The notes beneath the pieces are model-generated. The model was not told where the DNA came from. It worked only from the letters and a program-made list of their open reading frames with translations, and did not search any database. From Bdellovibrionales bacterium (GTDB lineage Bacteria > Bdellovibrionota > Bdellovibrionia > Bdellovibrionales > JAUICD01): DNA of 64,000 nt. Below, piece after piece: positions 51,499 through 63,022 of this stretch. Each line of letters starts with the position of its first letter. Position 1 is the first letter of the stretch. Where the stretch lies: assembly GCA_965262715.1 (NCBI GenBank), contig OZ253553.1, forward strand, positions 32,001 to 96,000. Reading direction: 5' to 3'. The translations under genes were made by a program, and so were the position numbers.

Positions 51499-54108
51499 TT
51501 ACTGGTCTGGTATCGCTTTTTGACAATCTGTAGCAGTAGTGCCGCCTCTTCTACCTTCACAATGCCATCTATAGTGAGTACTTGTATCAGCTATAGCTCT
51601 GTCATTAGAAATTCCAGTAGTACAGCCATTTCTTTGGCTGTTATTACAAACTCCGGTGATAGGTTTTAGTCTCAAACAATTTGCTGTTCTACCTCCATGC
51701 AAACCTTCACAATGCCATCTATGATAGGCTGTATCTGAAAGTGCTTTTGCAGTGCCCGAAGAGCAACCATTCCTTTGACTCGTATCACAAACGCCATGGA
51801 TAGGTTTCCGTATCTGACAATTTGTTACAGTACTGCCACCATGCAGCCCTACACAATGCCATGTATAATGAGTATTTGTATCTGCTATTACGTCGTCGTT
51901 TGCTGTGCCCGAAGAGCAACCATTCCTTTGATTTTCATCACAAACACCATCGATAGGAGGAGGTATCAGTTTTTGACAATCTGTAGCCGTAGTGCCGCCA
52001 TTTAAACCTACACAGTGCCATGTATAATGTGTATTTGTATCTGCTATTACGGCATCGTTTGCAGTACCAGCAGTACAACCATTTTGTTGACTGTTATCAC
52101 AAACACCGTTAACAGGTTTTGCTTTTTGACAATTCGTAGCTGTAGTGCCGCCATTTGTACCTTCACAGTGCCATGTATAATGAGTACTTGTATCTGCTAT
52201 CGCTGCATCATTTGCTCTGCCAGCAGTACAGTTATTTCTTTGGCTGTTATTACAAACTCCGGTGATAGGTTTTAGTCTCAAACAATTTGCTGTTCTACCT
52301 CCATGCAAACCTTCACAATGCCATCTATGATAGGCTGTATCTGAAAGTGCTTTTGCAGTGCCCGAAGAGCAACCATTCCTTTGACTCGTATCACAAACGC
52401 CATGGATAGGTTTCCGTATCTGACAATTTGTTACAGTACTGCCACCATGCAGCCCTACACAATGCCATGTATAATGAGTATTTGTATCTGCTATTACGTC
52501 GTCGTTTGCTGTGCCCGAAGAGCAACCATTCCTTTGATTTTCATCACAAACACCATCGATAGGAGGAGGTATCAGTTTTTGACAATCTGTAGCCGTAGTG
52601 CCGCCATTTAAACCTACACAGTGCCATGTATAATGAGTACTTGTATCAGCTATTGCGCCGTCGTCTGGAGTCCCAGCAGTACAACCATTTTTGATGGTGT
52701 CATCGCCGCAAACACCATTTATTGGTGCTGCTGTATCAATGGCCATACTGCAGCAACCTGTAGCATCAGTGCCATCGTTGGTACCTAAACACTGCCACTG
52801 ATAATGAGTTTCTGAATCATCTATTAAAGTACCTTGAATACAACTATTCTTAACGGAGTTATTACATTCTCCATTTACGATTGAAGATGGATTGCGTGTA
52901 ACACTCTGGCTTAATATAGAATTGTCACAGGTCTGATAACTTAATGGACCAGGTAAAGGTCCGGAAAAATAACAATAGCTGCCTTCTGATGGACAGTAAT
53001 TATAATAAAACTGTTCAATTATATCATCTGCATCATCTACCGAAGTTTGACTATCTATAGTGGTAGAAGAAGAGGTTGAAGCTTGTATTGCTATAGTACT
53101 TTTTACACATGATTCACTTGAAGTGATATCTATTACACCATCACTGCAATTTAGTACATCCTCACTGCCACTATCAATTTGAAGTTCACATTGATTCGCA
53201 TTTTGAATATTTGTATGTAATGTCCAAGTTCCACCTTCAGGTCTTAAATATTTATAAATGTTATTACTTTCTAACATCACAGCAATTTCTTCATCATTAT
53301 GTTTAATAGTTATTGGATTAAAATGAGGTTTAGAATTAGAGCTCACTTGCAAAACTTGTTTTCGATAGGTGAGGCAATCAGAATTGTCAGGATCTTCTGC
53401 AGACACCTCAATAGTAACAGAACCAGCAGATTCATTGGTAAAGTCTAATTCAATACTTTCACTATCATCTTCGTTTGTCTCCTCAGTTGAAGAAGGTAAT
53501 GTGACCTTCCATAAGATGTTCGAAAAATCTATAGCATTCTTTAATTCAAAAGTGGCAGTCTGTCCAACAGTCAAAGAACCGCTTTCAAGAAAGATCTCTA
53601 AGACATCTGTTAATGAGCATTCCTCACCAATCACAAGTTTTTTACTGGCCACAGTTAACAAATCGGAGTTTTTATAAGATGTAGCAAAAATATCATAACT
53701 TCCAGGTTTTTTAAATTGATATTGATATTCTGGTTCAGTTGTTGTCTCTTCTCCATCAGTAACAGTTTCAAAGGATCTAGTGATTTTCCATTTAAAATTT
53801 TCAGAATCAGAATGACTATTCATAACCTTTAGTTTCACATCACTATCAATTAGGAAATAATCTTCTATCGAGATGCTTTCATCTTCTGATGGTAAATAAG
53901 CAATAATATAACCTTTATCATTAGATACCGTTTGTTCAGAAAACAAGTTAGGAGCTTGACTTACATTTGAACCGCAGTTTTGAAAAGCTAATAACAATAA
54001 AAGTGAAGCCAATAGAAGTAGATAAAAGGCATTATTAAAACTTAACAAAAAATGCTTTTTTATGTTTCGTTTTTTTATAACCCTAAAGAATTTCATTATT
54101 CTTGTCAT
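51499..54108 (-). CDS. Cys-rich repeat lipoprotein, copy 4 (9 repeats plus a frameshifted tenth)
   Basis: Same N-terminal half; internal 606-bp-period duplication; ends KAIPDQ* where PVNGVCDESQ continues out of frame. Confidence 0.86.
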   Translation of the reverse strand: MTRIMKFFRVIKKRNIKKHFLLSFNNAFYLLLLASLLLLLAFQNCGSNVSQAPNLFSEQTVSNDKGYIIAYLPSEDESISIEDYFLIDSDVKLKVMNSHSDSENFKWKITRSFETVTDGEETTTEPEYQYQFKKPGSYDIFATSYKNSDLLTVASKKLVIGEECSLTDVLEIFLESGSLTVGQTATFELKNAIDFSNILWKVTLPSSTEETNEDDSESIELDFTNESAGSVTIEVSAEDPDNSDCLTYRKQVLQVSSNSKPHFNPITIKHNDEEIAVMLESNNIYKYLRPEGGTWTLHTNIQNANQCELQIDSGSEDVLNCSDGVIDITSSESCVKSTIAIQASTSSSTTIDSQTSVDDADDIIEQFYYNYCPSEGSYCYFSGPLPGPLSYQTCDNSILSQSVTRNPSSIVNGECNNSVKNSCIQGTLIDDSETHYQWQCLGTNDGTDATGCCSMAIDTAAPINGVCGDDTIKNGCTAGTPDDGAIADTSTHYTWHCVGLNGGTTATDCQKLIPPPIDGVCDENQRNGCSSGTANDDVIADTNTHYTWHCVGLHGGSTVTNCQIRKPIHGVCDTSQRNGCSSGTAKALSDTAYHRWHCEGLHGGRTANCLRLKPITGVCNNSQRNNCTAGRANDAAIADTSTHYTWHCEGTNGGTTATNCQKAKPVNGVCDNSQQNGCTAGTANDAVIADTNTHYTWHCVGLNGGTTATDCQKLIPPPIDGVCDENQRNGCSSGTANDDVIADTNTHYTWHCVGLHGGSTVTNCQIRKPIHGVCDTSQRNGCSSGTAKALSDTAYHRWHCEGLHGGRTANCLRLKPITGVCNNSQRNGCTTGISNDRAIADTSTHYRWHCEGRRGGTTATDCQKAIPDQ

Positions 54109-54510
54109 TGCTCTATACTTTCATCATTGTTGTATTACGAACCTTCTTTTATGTGCTATGTGCTGCTAGTTGTCCAAAAATTTGAAAGGTAAAATAAGTA
54201 AAAATATCAAAAATGTAAATCTTTAAAACCAAGCCAAAAGACTTGGTTTTTAGCCTACCTGGACTGTAACTTACGTACAAAAGTTACAGTATTAAGTTAT
54301 TGAAATAACTACCGATACAGGTATTGAAGAGCTTTAATTGCTAATAGTCTTTGGTGTGGAAAATGACCAAAAACATCAATGATTTTAAGGGGTCAGGACT
54401 GTAACTTATGTACGTAAGTTACACTATCAAGTTATTGATTTCATTGAGTTATTCGGAATTTCTATCTTTTCTCGATATGGCATTAAGGTCATGAAAAAGT
54501 CCAGGACCGT

Positions 54511-56565
54511 TGCAAATTGATACAATATATGCCTCTATATGCCTTTTTTGAAAATAACTCCTTATATTTCCATTTTAGTGAGTTTTAAAGATTTCCTTAA
54601 CATGATGTAAGAGAATGAAGGGAGTCTCCTTACTAAAGAATAAACATGCTTTTGAGGTAGTCAGTTTTTTATTGAAGGTGTGAACCTTCAAGCTGACTAC
54701 CCAAAAGTGGTCAGAGACCAGTTTATTTTTAGTGAAACAATTGCAAATTGATACAATATATGCCTCTATATGCCTTTTTTGAAAATAACTCCTTATATTT
54801 CCATTTTAGTGAGTTTTAAAGATTTCCTTAACATGATGTAAGAGAATGAAGGGAGTCTCCTTACTAAAGAATAAACATGCTTTTGAGGTAGTCAGTTTTT
54901 TATTGAAGGTGTGAACCTTCAAGCTGACTACCCAAAAGTGGTCAGAGACCAGTTTATTTTTAGTGAAACAATTGCAAATTGATACAATATATGCCTCTAT
55001 ATGCCTTTTTTGAAAATAACTCCTTATATTTCCATTTTAGTGAGTTTTAAAGATTTCCTTAACATGATGTAAGAGAATGAAGGGAGTCTCCTTACTAAAG
55101 AATAAACATGCTTTTGAGGTAGTCAGTTTTTTATTGAAGGTGTGAACCTTCAAGCTGACTACCCAAAAGTGGTCAGAGACCAGTTTATTTTTAGTGAAAC
55201 AATTGCAAATTGATACAATATATGCCTCTATATGCCTTTTTTGAAAATAACTCCTTATATTTCCATTTTAGTGAGTTTTAAAGATTTCCTTAACATGATG
55301 TAAGAGAATGAAGGGAGTCTCCTTACTAAAGAATAAACATGCTTTTGAGGTAGTCAGCTTTTTATTGAAGGTGTGAACCTTCAAGCTGACTACCCAAAAG
55401 TGGTCAGAGACCAGTTTATTTTTAGTGAAACAATTGCAAATTGATACAATATGTGCTTCTATATGCCTTTTTTGAAAATAACTCCTTATATTTCCATTTT
55501 AGTGAGTTTTAAAGATTTCCTTAACATGATGTAAGAGAATGAAGGGAGTCTCCTTACTAAAGAATAAACATGCTTTTGAGGTAGTCAGCTTTTTATTGAA
55601 GGTGTGAACCTTCAAGCTGACTACCCAAAAGTGGTCAGAGACCAGTTTATTTTTAGTGAAACAATTGCAAATTGATACAATATGTGCTTCTATGTGCCTT
55701 TCTTAAAAATAACTCCTTATATTTCCATTTTAGTGAGTTTTAAAGATTTCCTTAACATGATGTAAGAGAATGAAGGGAGTCTCCTTACTAAAGAATAAAC
55801 ATGCTTTTGAGGTAGTCAGTTTTTTATTGAAGGTGTGAACCTTCAAGCTGACTACCCAAAAGTGGTCAGAGACCAGTTTATTTTTAGTGAAACAATTGCA
55901 AATTGATACAATATGTGCTTCTATGTGCCTTTCTTAAAAATAACTCCTTATATTTCCATTTTAGTGAGTTTTAAAGATTTCCTTAACATGATGTAAGAGA
56001 ATGAAGGGAGTCTCCTTACTAAAGAATAAACATGCTTTTGAGGTAGTCAGCTTTTTATTGAAGGTGTGAACCTTCAAGCTGATTAGATACATTTAAAGAG
56101 TCTATCATCTATAAATTAAACACTGTAATCTTTAAAAATCTCAGTGAGACAAGCCTTAACGCTTGTCTATTCCAAAAGTGGTCAGAGACCAGTTTATTTT
56201 TAGTGAAACAATTGCAAATTGATACAATATGTGCTTCTATATGCCTTTTTTGAAAATAACTCCTTATATTTCCATTTTAGTGAGTTTTAAAGATTTCCTT
56301 AACATGATGTAAGAGAATGAAGGGAGTCTCCTTACTAAAAATAAACAAGTTTTTGAGGCAATCAGCATTTTGCTGACAGGGATACATCCCGTAGTGTTAA
56401 CTGTCACGCTGATTGCCCAAAAATAGCCAGAGGCTAGTTCATTTTTAGTGAAACAATTGCAAATTGATACAATATATGCTTCTATGTGCCTTTCTTGAAA
56501 ATAACTCCTTATATTTTCTTTTTAGTAAGAAAAAACACAAGAAAAAAATTTCCTTAACATTTGCG
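54511..56565 (+). repeat. Structured tandem array D: six 231-bp units, one 316-bp unit, one 245-bp unit and a partial unit
   Basis: Unit starts at 54511, 54742, 54973, 55204, 55435, 55666, 55897, 56213, 56458. Confidence 0.95.
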
Positions 56566-56845
56566 TTCAATTCTTCCATTTGAAAACTGTAACTAAAGCT
56601 TATGGGTTTAGATAACTTGAGATTTGCCAAATACCCAAATATTGTTTTCTTTAACTTTTAACTCTAAACATGAAGGTTGTTCAGGCTGCGCTTAAATGTT
56701 CAAAAAAAACATACAAACCATGTTCTAACCTAAGTTCCTCTTTTACATAGTGATGAAATATACGAGGAGTGATAAGAATCGTGCAATAAGAAAATATCAT
56801 ACATGGTTATGTGGAGGCTTTGAAGTTTCCTTCTATTCCACTGGA

Positions 56846-57672
56846 TTAGTTTTTCTGAGAAGTGTTTAAGGTTTTCTTCATTTCATCTATACCCATAATT
56901 CTGTCCAAAATGGTAAAGCGATGACGATAGTTTGTTGCAGCAGCCTCTGAATTGAACAAGTATGGGTCATTATAAAATCCTCTATACGTTGTTAAATAAA
57001 TAGCCACTGCTTGAGCAAAGTCTTGCTCAATATCAAAATCCCTATCATCTTCAGAAAGCCTGATCTCACCATAAGTGAAGGTACCATCTCTTACAATAGC
57101 ATCATACCACTCTTGACTAGAATAACCAGATGCAGGGTGTCTTGCAATTAAATGTCCCAATTCATGTCGCATTGTTTGAGTAGCTTTAGCTCTATATCTT
57201 GCATCTTGGAAATCATAATAAAAATCGACTTGAATTGCGTTATAAATAAGATAAACAATACCACTGTCATCATCATTGATAACTCTTGGTGACAGTTGAG
57301 GAAACATTTGTTGTAGCCAGCCACATTCACTACAATCAGATATAAAAGAATTCGAAGAGGCTAAAAACTCACCATGTTGTCTGGGAGAATCAGTTTCCCT
57401 TTTTATTTTAATAAAATGCACTTTGCTTAACTATCTCTCCGGCATTTTACCCAAGATAGGTCTAACTTCTTGAAGTATTTCTGAAGAAGAATGTTCCCTA
57501 CTTTCTTCAACAGCAAGTATCAAAGACTTCTGCTGTCCATTTGCTAAAAAGGAAACATCATAAATATGATAACAAGTATTATTGAAAGGTAGTTCTTCCG
57601 GTATATCAATATCACAGGCATACTGCATTCTTATATCTTGTAAAAAGTATCCAAGTGTCAAATCTGCTGTCC
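56846..57672 (-). pseudogene. HExxH zinc-metallopeptidase-like protein, 5'-truncated with in-frame TAG at 57431
   Basis: MRHELGHLIA and EQDFAQAV motifs; 56846..57421 is in frame with the tail of 57431..58207. Confidence 0.6.
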
Positions 57673-58207
57673 CCAATTTTTCTGCAAATATAAATTCTGC
57701 AGGATAAACAGAAAGAGATATCTCTTTAATTTCAGGAAGTAAAAACAAGTCCTTTGATGTGATAAACTTCACATCAACATCATCTCCAGCGCATACATCA
57801 ATTTTTAAACTCTCTGATTGGCTACGATCAAATAAGCTCCAATTGATTTCAAAACGATCTCCTCCATAAGGAGTTTCTCGCTCCATTTTTGATTTACTTA
57901 AGCTTTTAAAATGAAATCCATCTTTCAAGTCTATTTTCATGGCTTCTAGTAAGACATCTTGAACTTGTACAATCTCCATGTCCCTTACCAAAAAATCAAT
58001 ATCAACTGTAAAACGAGGGATTTCAAGATGTTGATACAACCTTAAAAGTAAACTACCTCCTTTCCAAATATAATGACGACTCTCTCTAAGTTGACAAAGC
58101 CTCGCTAAAAACCTTTCTTGACTTAAAAGAGTTTGCATTTGAGGCATTCTAAGACCAAGCTCAGTAGCTTTCTTTTCAAGAGCCTCTCTTACTCTGCAGA
58201 TGTCCAT
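57673..58207 (-). pseudogene. abiEii: AbiEii toxin N-terminal part, fused to unrelated sequence after FAEKL
   Basis: ERFLARL, WKGGSLL, RFTVDIDF, YPAEFIFAEKL; the expected R.KD motif is missing. Confidence 0.75.
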
Positions 58208-58211
58208 ATCA

Positions 58212-58790
58212 TTATAAATAAGCCTCTATGAGCTTATCAAAATGTCCTTTCACTCGAAAATCAACAGCTAACTTTTTCATCTTTGAAATATTAATAGGAA
58301 TACCTTTCTTTTGAGCAGTGAACATAACTTTTAAAACCATAGAAATTGATTTTTGTGTGCGTAATAAGTCTATTAAAGTACGTTCAATTGAAGTTATTGG
58401 AATACCATTTACTTTTCTTACTGCTTTTTTATAAAGGGTATCTTTAACTCTATAAAACCTCACATCTTTAATTTTTCTTTTGGGAACATTAGAAAGAGGT
58501 ACTATCAAATGAATATTTCTGGGAGCCTCATCTGTCAGGTCATAAAACTTTAATGCAGATTCAAGCCCAAGAATAGCTTGTGGGATCATTTTGAGTTTTT
58601 CTTTGATTAAAGACTCAAAATCAAAGCTTAAATGTTCAGGAAAAGCATACAAACCATGCCCTAATCTAACTAAAACCTTCTTTTTTTTAACATAGTAATG
58701 AAGCATACGAGGACTTACACCTTTTTTCTGAGCCTGCTTAGTTCGAAAAGGACCTTGTCCTTTAAGTTTAAATAATCTTTGATTTCCCAT
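58212..58790 (-). CDS. abiEi: AbiEi family antitoxin
   Basis: LVRLGHGLY, LESALKFYDLTDEAP, ITSIERTLIDL. Confidence 0.85.
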   Translation of the reverse strand: MGNQRLFKLKGQGPFRTKQAQKKGVSPRMLHYYVKKKKVLVRLGHGLYAFPEHLSFDFESLIKEKLKMIPQAILGLESALKFYDLTDEAPRNIHLIVPLSNVPKRKIKDVRFYRVKDTLYKKAVRKVNGIPITSIERTLIDLLRTQKSISMVLKVMFTAQKKGIPINISKMKKLAVDFRVKGHFDKLIEAYL

Positions 58791-59667
58791 ATGTAAATTA
58801 TAGGTTTTATTTATATGAATTACAACCTATTTATTACATTTTTTCTTTTCAACGATGTACTATATTTCTTAAATCATCAGAAGGCTAACTTTGTGCCAGT
58901 GAGCTTTCTGGCAAGTTCTTCTGATGATGAAAATCCCTGTTTAATCCTTTTTGTAGCCATTTTCTCAATATTAAATAAAATCTCTTTGGCGTGGGTAACC
59001 TGATCCAAATAGCAATGATATATTTATAATGATTTTAATGAGTGTTTCCATTATTCCCTCCTGTTTTTTAAAATTCGTGTATAAATATTCTTTATGATTT
59101 TACGTTCTCTTAAAGCCCTTAAAGTAGAGCTTTTTGACCATGAAAATTGAGTTAGCTTCTCAATATTACGAGTGGAAAGCTTGAGATCAATATAAAGTTT
59201 CTGTAGAATTTTAAAGCTTTTTTCTGGGGTATTAAAAAAATGTGTAATAAATAAAGATACATAGCTGGAGTCATAAGTGGAGATGTCCAATACTTCAGCT
59301 ACTCCACCAATCCCAGTTTTAGACGAACCTGGGCCTACCAAACGATCATTGTGATGTAAGGCATAAGTTCCAAATCCAACAGCTTTTCTTATATTTGAAA
59401 ACCGATCTTATTGAGATTTATTTTGATGAAACGATGCCTCAAGGGGTCTTGCAAGTTTACGAAAGGGCAATACGACTCCCGGTTGATGAGGAGTTTCTTT
59501 AAAACAAAATATCTACTAATCTGTTAACTATTCCTTCTTATAAAATCTATTACCGAAGTCCTTTGTAGCACACACTCTTCTACTAGTTTTGACTAGAAGT
59601 CATCTCAAAAATGCTCCTAGAGAGAAAAGTTTTAAAAAAGATACCAGTTTTGCATTTAATTTATTTC

Positions 59668-60341
59668 ACTCAAAATAAATCAACCTCTGGTTGTTTTTGG
59701 GCAGCCAGCTTGACGGTTAACACCGTCAATAAAATGCTGACTGCCTCAAAAATCCATTTATTTTAAGTAAGGAGAATGTCTTCATTCTTTTACATCATGT
59801 TAAAGAAAATTTCCTTCATTCTGTTTTACTCAAAATGAATAGAAGACAAGCCTCTCGAGGCTAGCCTTTTTGAGGATTGCCCATGAAATAAATCTAGGTA
59901 CTGATCCGATGGCAAGAATAAAACTTCCCTAACATTGTGTTAAGAAACAAGAAGATCCTCCTACTAAAATGCATTAGCCTTTCTAGGCAGTAAGCTATTT
60001 GCCAACGGCCATAAGAGCCGTCGGGCTTACTGCCAGAAAGTGACCAGAGGCTCGCCTCGAGAGGTCAGATGCATTTTAGTGAAAAAAAAGCTGATTCATT
60101 TTGAGGAAGACAGCCCTTTTATATAAGAAATTAGAGGTAATAGGTACAAACGTTTATAGACTTTTACTGAAACAGCACGATTCCCTTAACATGATGTTAA
60201 ATAATGAGGAGTATCTGGTTTACTAAAATGCAGCAGGCTTTCTAGGCAGTAAGCTATTTGCCGACGGCCATAAGAGCCGTCGGGCTTACTGCCAGAAAAT
60301 GACCAGAGGCTCGCCTCGAGAGGCGAGATGCATTTTAGTGA
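59668..60341. repeat. Three diverged copies of the structured repeat: ~59668-59820 (-), ~59925-60082 (+), ~60181-60341 (+)
   Basis: C(C/T)TAACAT..TGTTAA, ACTAAAATGCA/TGCATTTTAGT, GGCAGTAAGC/GCTTACTGCC and C(A/G)ACGGC..GCCGTCG stems. Confidence 0.8.
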
Positions 60342-60406
60342 AAATAGTTAGATAAAGTTATGAACTTCTGGCAATACTTATTAAACTTTTATTTTTGAGA
60401 CCGCTT

Positions 60407-62535
60407 CTAGTTAGGATCTTGTGTAAAATAAGGTCTAAATCTATTTGTCATACTCTCAGAAGGTCCTTCATATACTGTATTTAATCTATCTCTTATTTCC
60501 GACAAAGCCTCGTATGTTGGTGGTATGGAGGTAGCAAAAGCATGTGATGCAGCCCTTAAATTAAGAATTAAGTTATTCATTCTATCTATTAATTCTCCAA
60601 GTGGGGGTCTGTCGGCGAATCTATCTTTAAATGTAAGGCCATTTATAGCATCTAACTCATCTCTGCTTTCGTCTATTAACTTTTGATTACAATTTTCATC
60701 ACACTGTAGATTAGTCATTATGCCTCTTAAATCAGGCACAATGTCTTCTAATCTCTCATGCATTCTTGTAAAATATAGCACTTCAACAAAATCTGGCCTT
60801 CTATCTAAATCATCCAGTACTTCTTGTGCTAACATTGGTACTTCAACCCCAGCCGGTTCTTCAACCGATAGTGATTCTGTGTAGTTGTCAGTAACGGGAT
60901 CGTTTCCAGCCGGTTCCGGTGCTACAGCCGATGGTGATTCTGTATAATCGTCTCCAGCCGGTTCTTCAACCGATAGTGATTCTGTGTAGTTGTCAGTAAC
61001 GGGATCGTTTCCAGCCGGTTCCGGTGCTACAGCCGATGGTGATTCTGTATAATCGTCTCCAGCCGGTTCTTCAACCGATAGTGATTCTGTGTAGTTGTCA
61101 GTAAATCGTTTCCAGCCGGTTCCGGTGCTACAGCCGATGGTGATTCTGTATAATCGTCTCCAGCCGGTTCTTTAACCGATAGTGATTCTGTGTAGTTGTC
61201 AGTAACGGGATCGTTTCCAGCCGGTTCCGGTGCTACAGCCGATGGTGATTCTGTATAATCGTCTCCAGCCGGTTCTTCAACCGATAGTGATTCTGTGTAG
61301 TTGTCGTTAGGTACAGCCCATGTTCCATCATCAGTATCATTTATTGGTGCTTCTACCGTTGTTGGTATTTCCCCGTCGGGAACATATCTTGTATCATCAC
61401 CAAATCTGTCACGTACTTGCACCTCTAAATCTACTAGTTCATCTCTTATATCTATGATCCGTCCTGTATATTCTGTAGCATCTATTGTAAGAGCTAAATC
61501 ATTGATGTTCTGATATATTGCATTCAAAGCATAAATCAAATCCCATAATATACTTGCAGTGATCGTCTCAAATGCCTGTGGTGTATATCTTATATTATTA
61601 AATTGATTATTTATGATTTCACATAGATCAATAGCATCAGCATTTGGGCATAGCTCATCAAATAGGCTGGATAGCTTATTTAAAATACTTGTAAAGGAAC
61701 CACTCTCAAAGGAATCATTCTGAGAAGCAATTAAATCTATCTCTGAAAAGTCTGTGTCTTCTGGTACATATATTCGCACGTCGGGGTTTCTTTCATCGTC
61801 AGAACCGAATAACATTGGCAACAAACTTGATGTGATTGGATCTAAACCCAATGCCATGAGCTTTTCATTGGCAAAGCTTAGAAAATCACGAATATCTCTG
61901 GTCTCAGAGTAGGTCTCATCGGTGACCAGAGGTGTGTAAGTCTCATATTCAGAGCTTAACATAGCCAAGCTTGTTTGTGTAAAAATCCTTATAAATTCCA
62001 AGGCTTGTTGAGTTTGGTTGTATCTGGCTTGGGCCTCATCAAAAGGGATTTGTCCTAGTCTTTCCCATCTATTGCTTATTTCCTGTAATGCAGCTTCCAT
62101 CTCATCAACCATTTCAGGATTGCTTTCGTTTTGAATTCCTTGTGTTATTCTGTTTTGAGCTTGTTCGTATTCTTCTTTGACAAGGTTGTTCCATCTATAG
62201 CTTGCTTGTTGTAGCTGGCCATACATGGTTTTATCTAACTCCCGTAAAACAGCAAAAGGAGTTTGATCAGCATCATTGACAGCCAATAGATTGGCACCTT
62301 CCATAATAAGAGCTATCAGAGCATATATATTTTGAGGGTTAGCAGCCGCAACATGCAAGGGGGTTGTGGGTCGTCCGTTTTCATCAAGACAGTCTTGATT
62401 GACATCCCATCCTTGTGCGTAAATACCTGTATATATCTTAGAGGTTGCAATATTTTGCCACAGGCTAGGATCACAAAAATCTGCTTTCACATTAGAAAAA
62501 CTACAAACAATAAATAAAAATATGAAATATTTCAT
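60407..62535 (-). pseudogene. Secreted ankyrin-containing protein with acidic 35-aa tandem repeats, frameshifted
   Basis: Signal peptide ..VKA-D; TPLHVAA..LIMEGANL; restoring a 4-bp deletion near 61104 joins 61027..62535 and 60407..60835 into 711 codons. Confidence 0.8.
60849..61305 (-). repeat. 105-bp coding tandem repeat (4 units plus a partial one; one unit 101 bp)
   Basis: AGCCGGTTCT register at 60851, 60956, 61061, 61162, 61267; encodes DNYTESLSVEEPAGDDYTESPSAVAPEPAGNDPVT. Confidence 0.92.
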
Positions 62536-63022
62536 GGTTTTATATCTCCCTTAGGAATTTATGGTTGTGATTTCAAAATCACACCTTACATTTTTTAAAA
62601 GCTACTTTTACGGCAGTTATCGTTGAAAGTCAAGGTTTTTAAAGTCCAATGAAAACTTTTCATTATCTTGGATAAAGACTTAAATTTGCTTTTTTTTTGA
62701 CTATATTCACTCATTGATTAAGTGAGGAAAGATAAGCCTACAAAGCCTTTTTAGTCTAGCTTGATCTTCTCTAGGGCTTAACTCTACCGGACAAAGAACG
62801 ACTTGAAAACGACTCATATCTTTTAACATTTCGTGCGATATAATAGTCATTGAACTTGTCTTTATGCCTCGCGTTATTTTTTTATGTAGCATCAAACTCA
62901 ATGATTAAATCTAAAATACCTATTTTGGTATCTATCAGGATAACTCCATTACTGTTTAATTCAACGAATGGTTGAAACTGTGTATTATCTTTGAATTCAT
63001 TGCAGGATTGAAGGACACTTCA

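Noticed and set aside
22661..54108. Diversity-generating retroelement acting on the lipoprotein repeats
   Set aside because: No reverse transcriptase in the window, and differences between repeats are not adenine-specific by inspection
54511..56565. CRISPR array
   Set aside because: Units are 231-316 bp and near-identical along their whole length; there are no unique spacers and no cas genes
59340..59520. C-terminal remnant of a large serine recombinase upstream of the repeat (..VVLPFRK...VGPGSSKTGIGG)
   Set aside because: Contains a stop and no catalytic motif; too weak to call as a feature without a homology search
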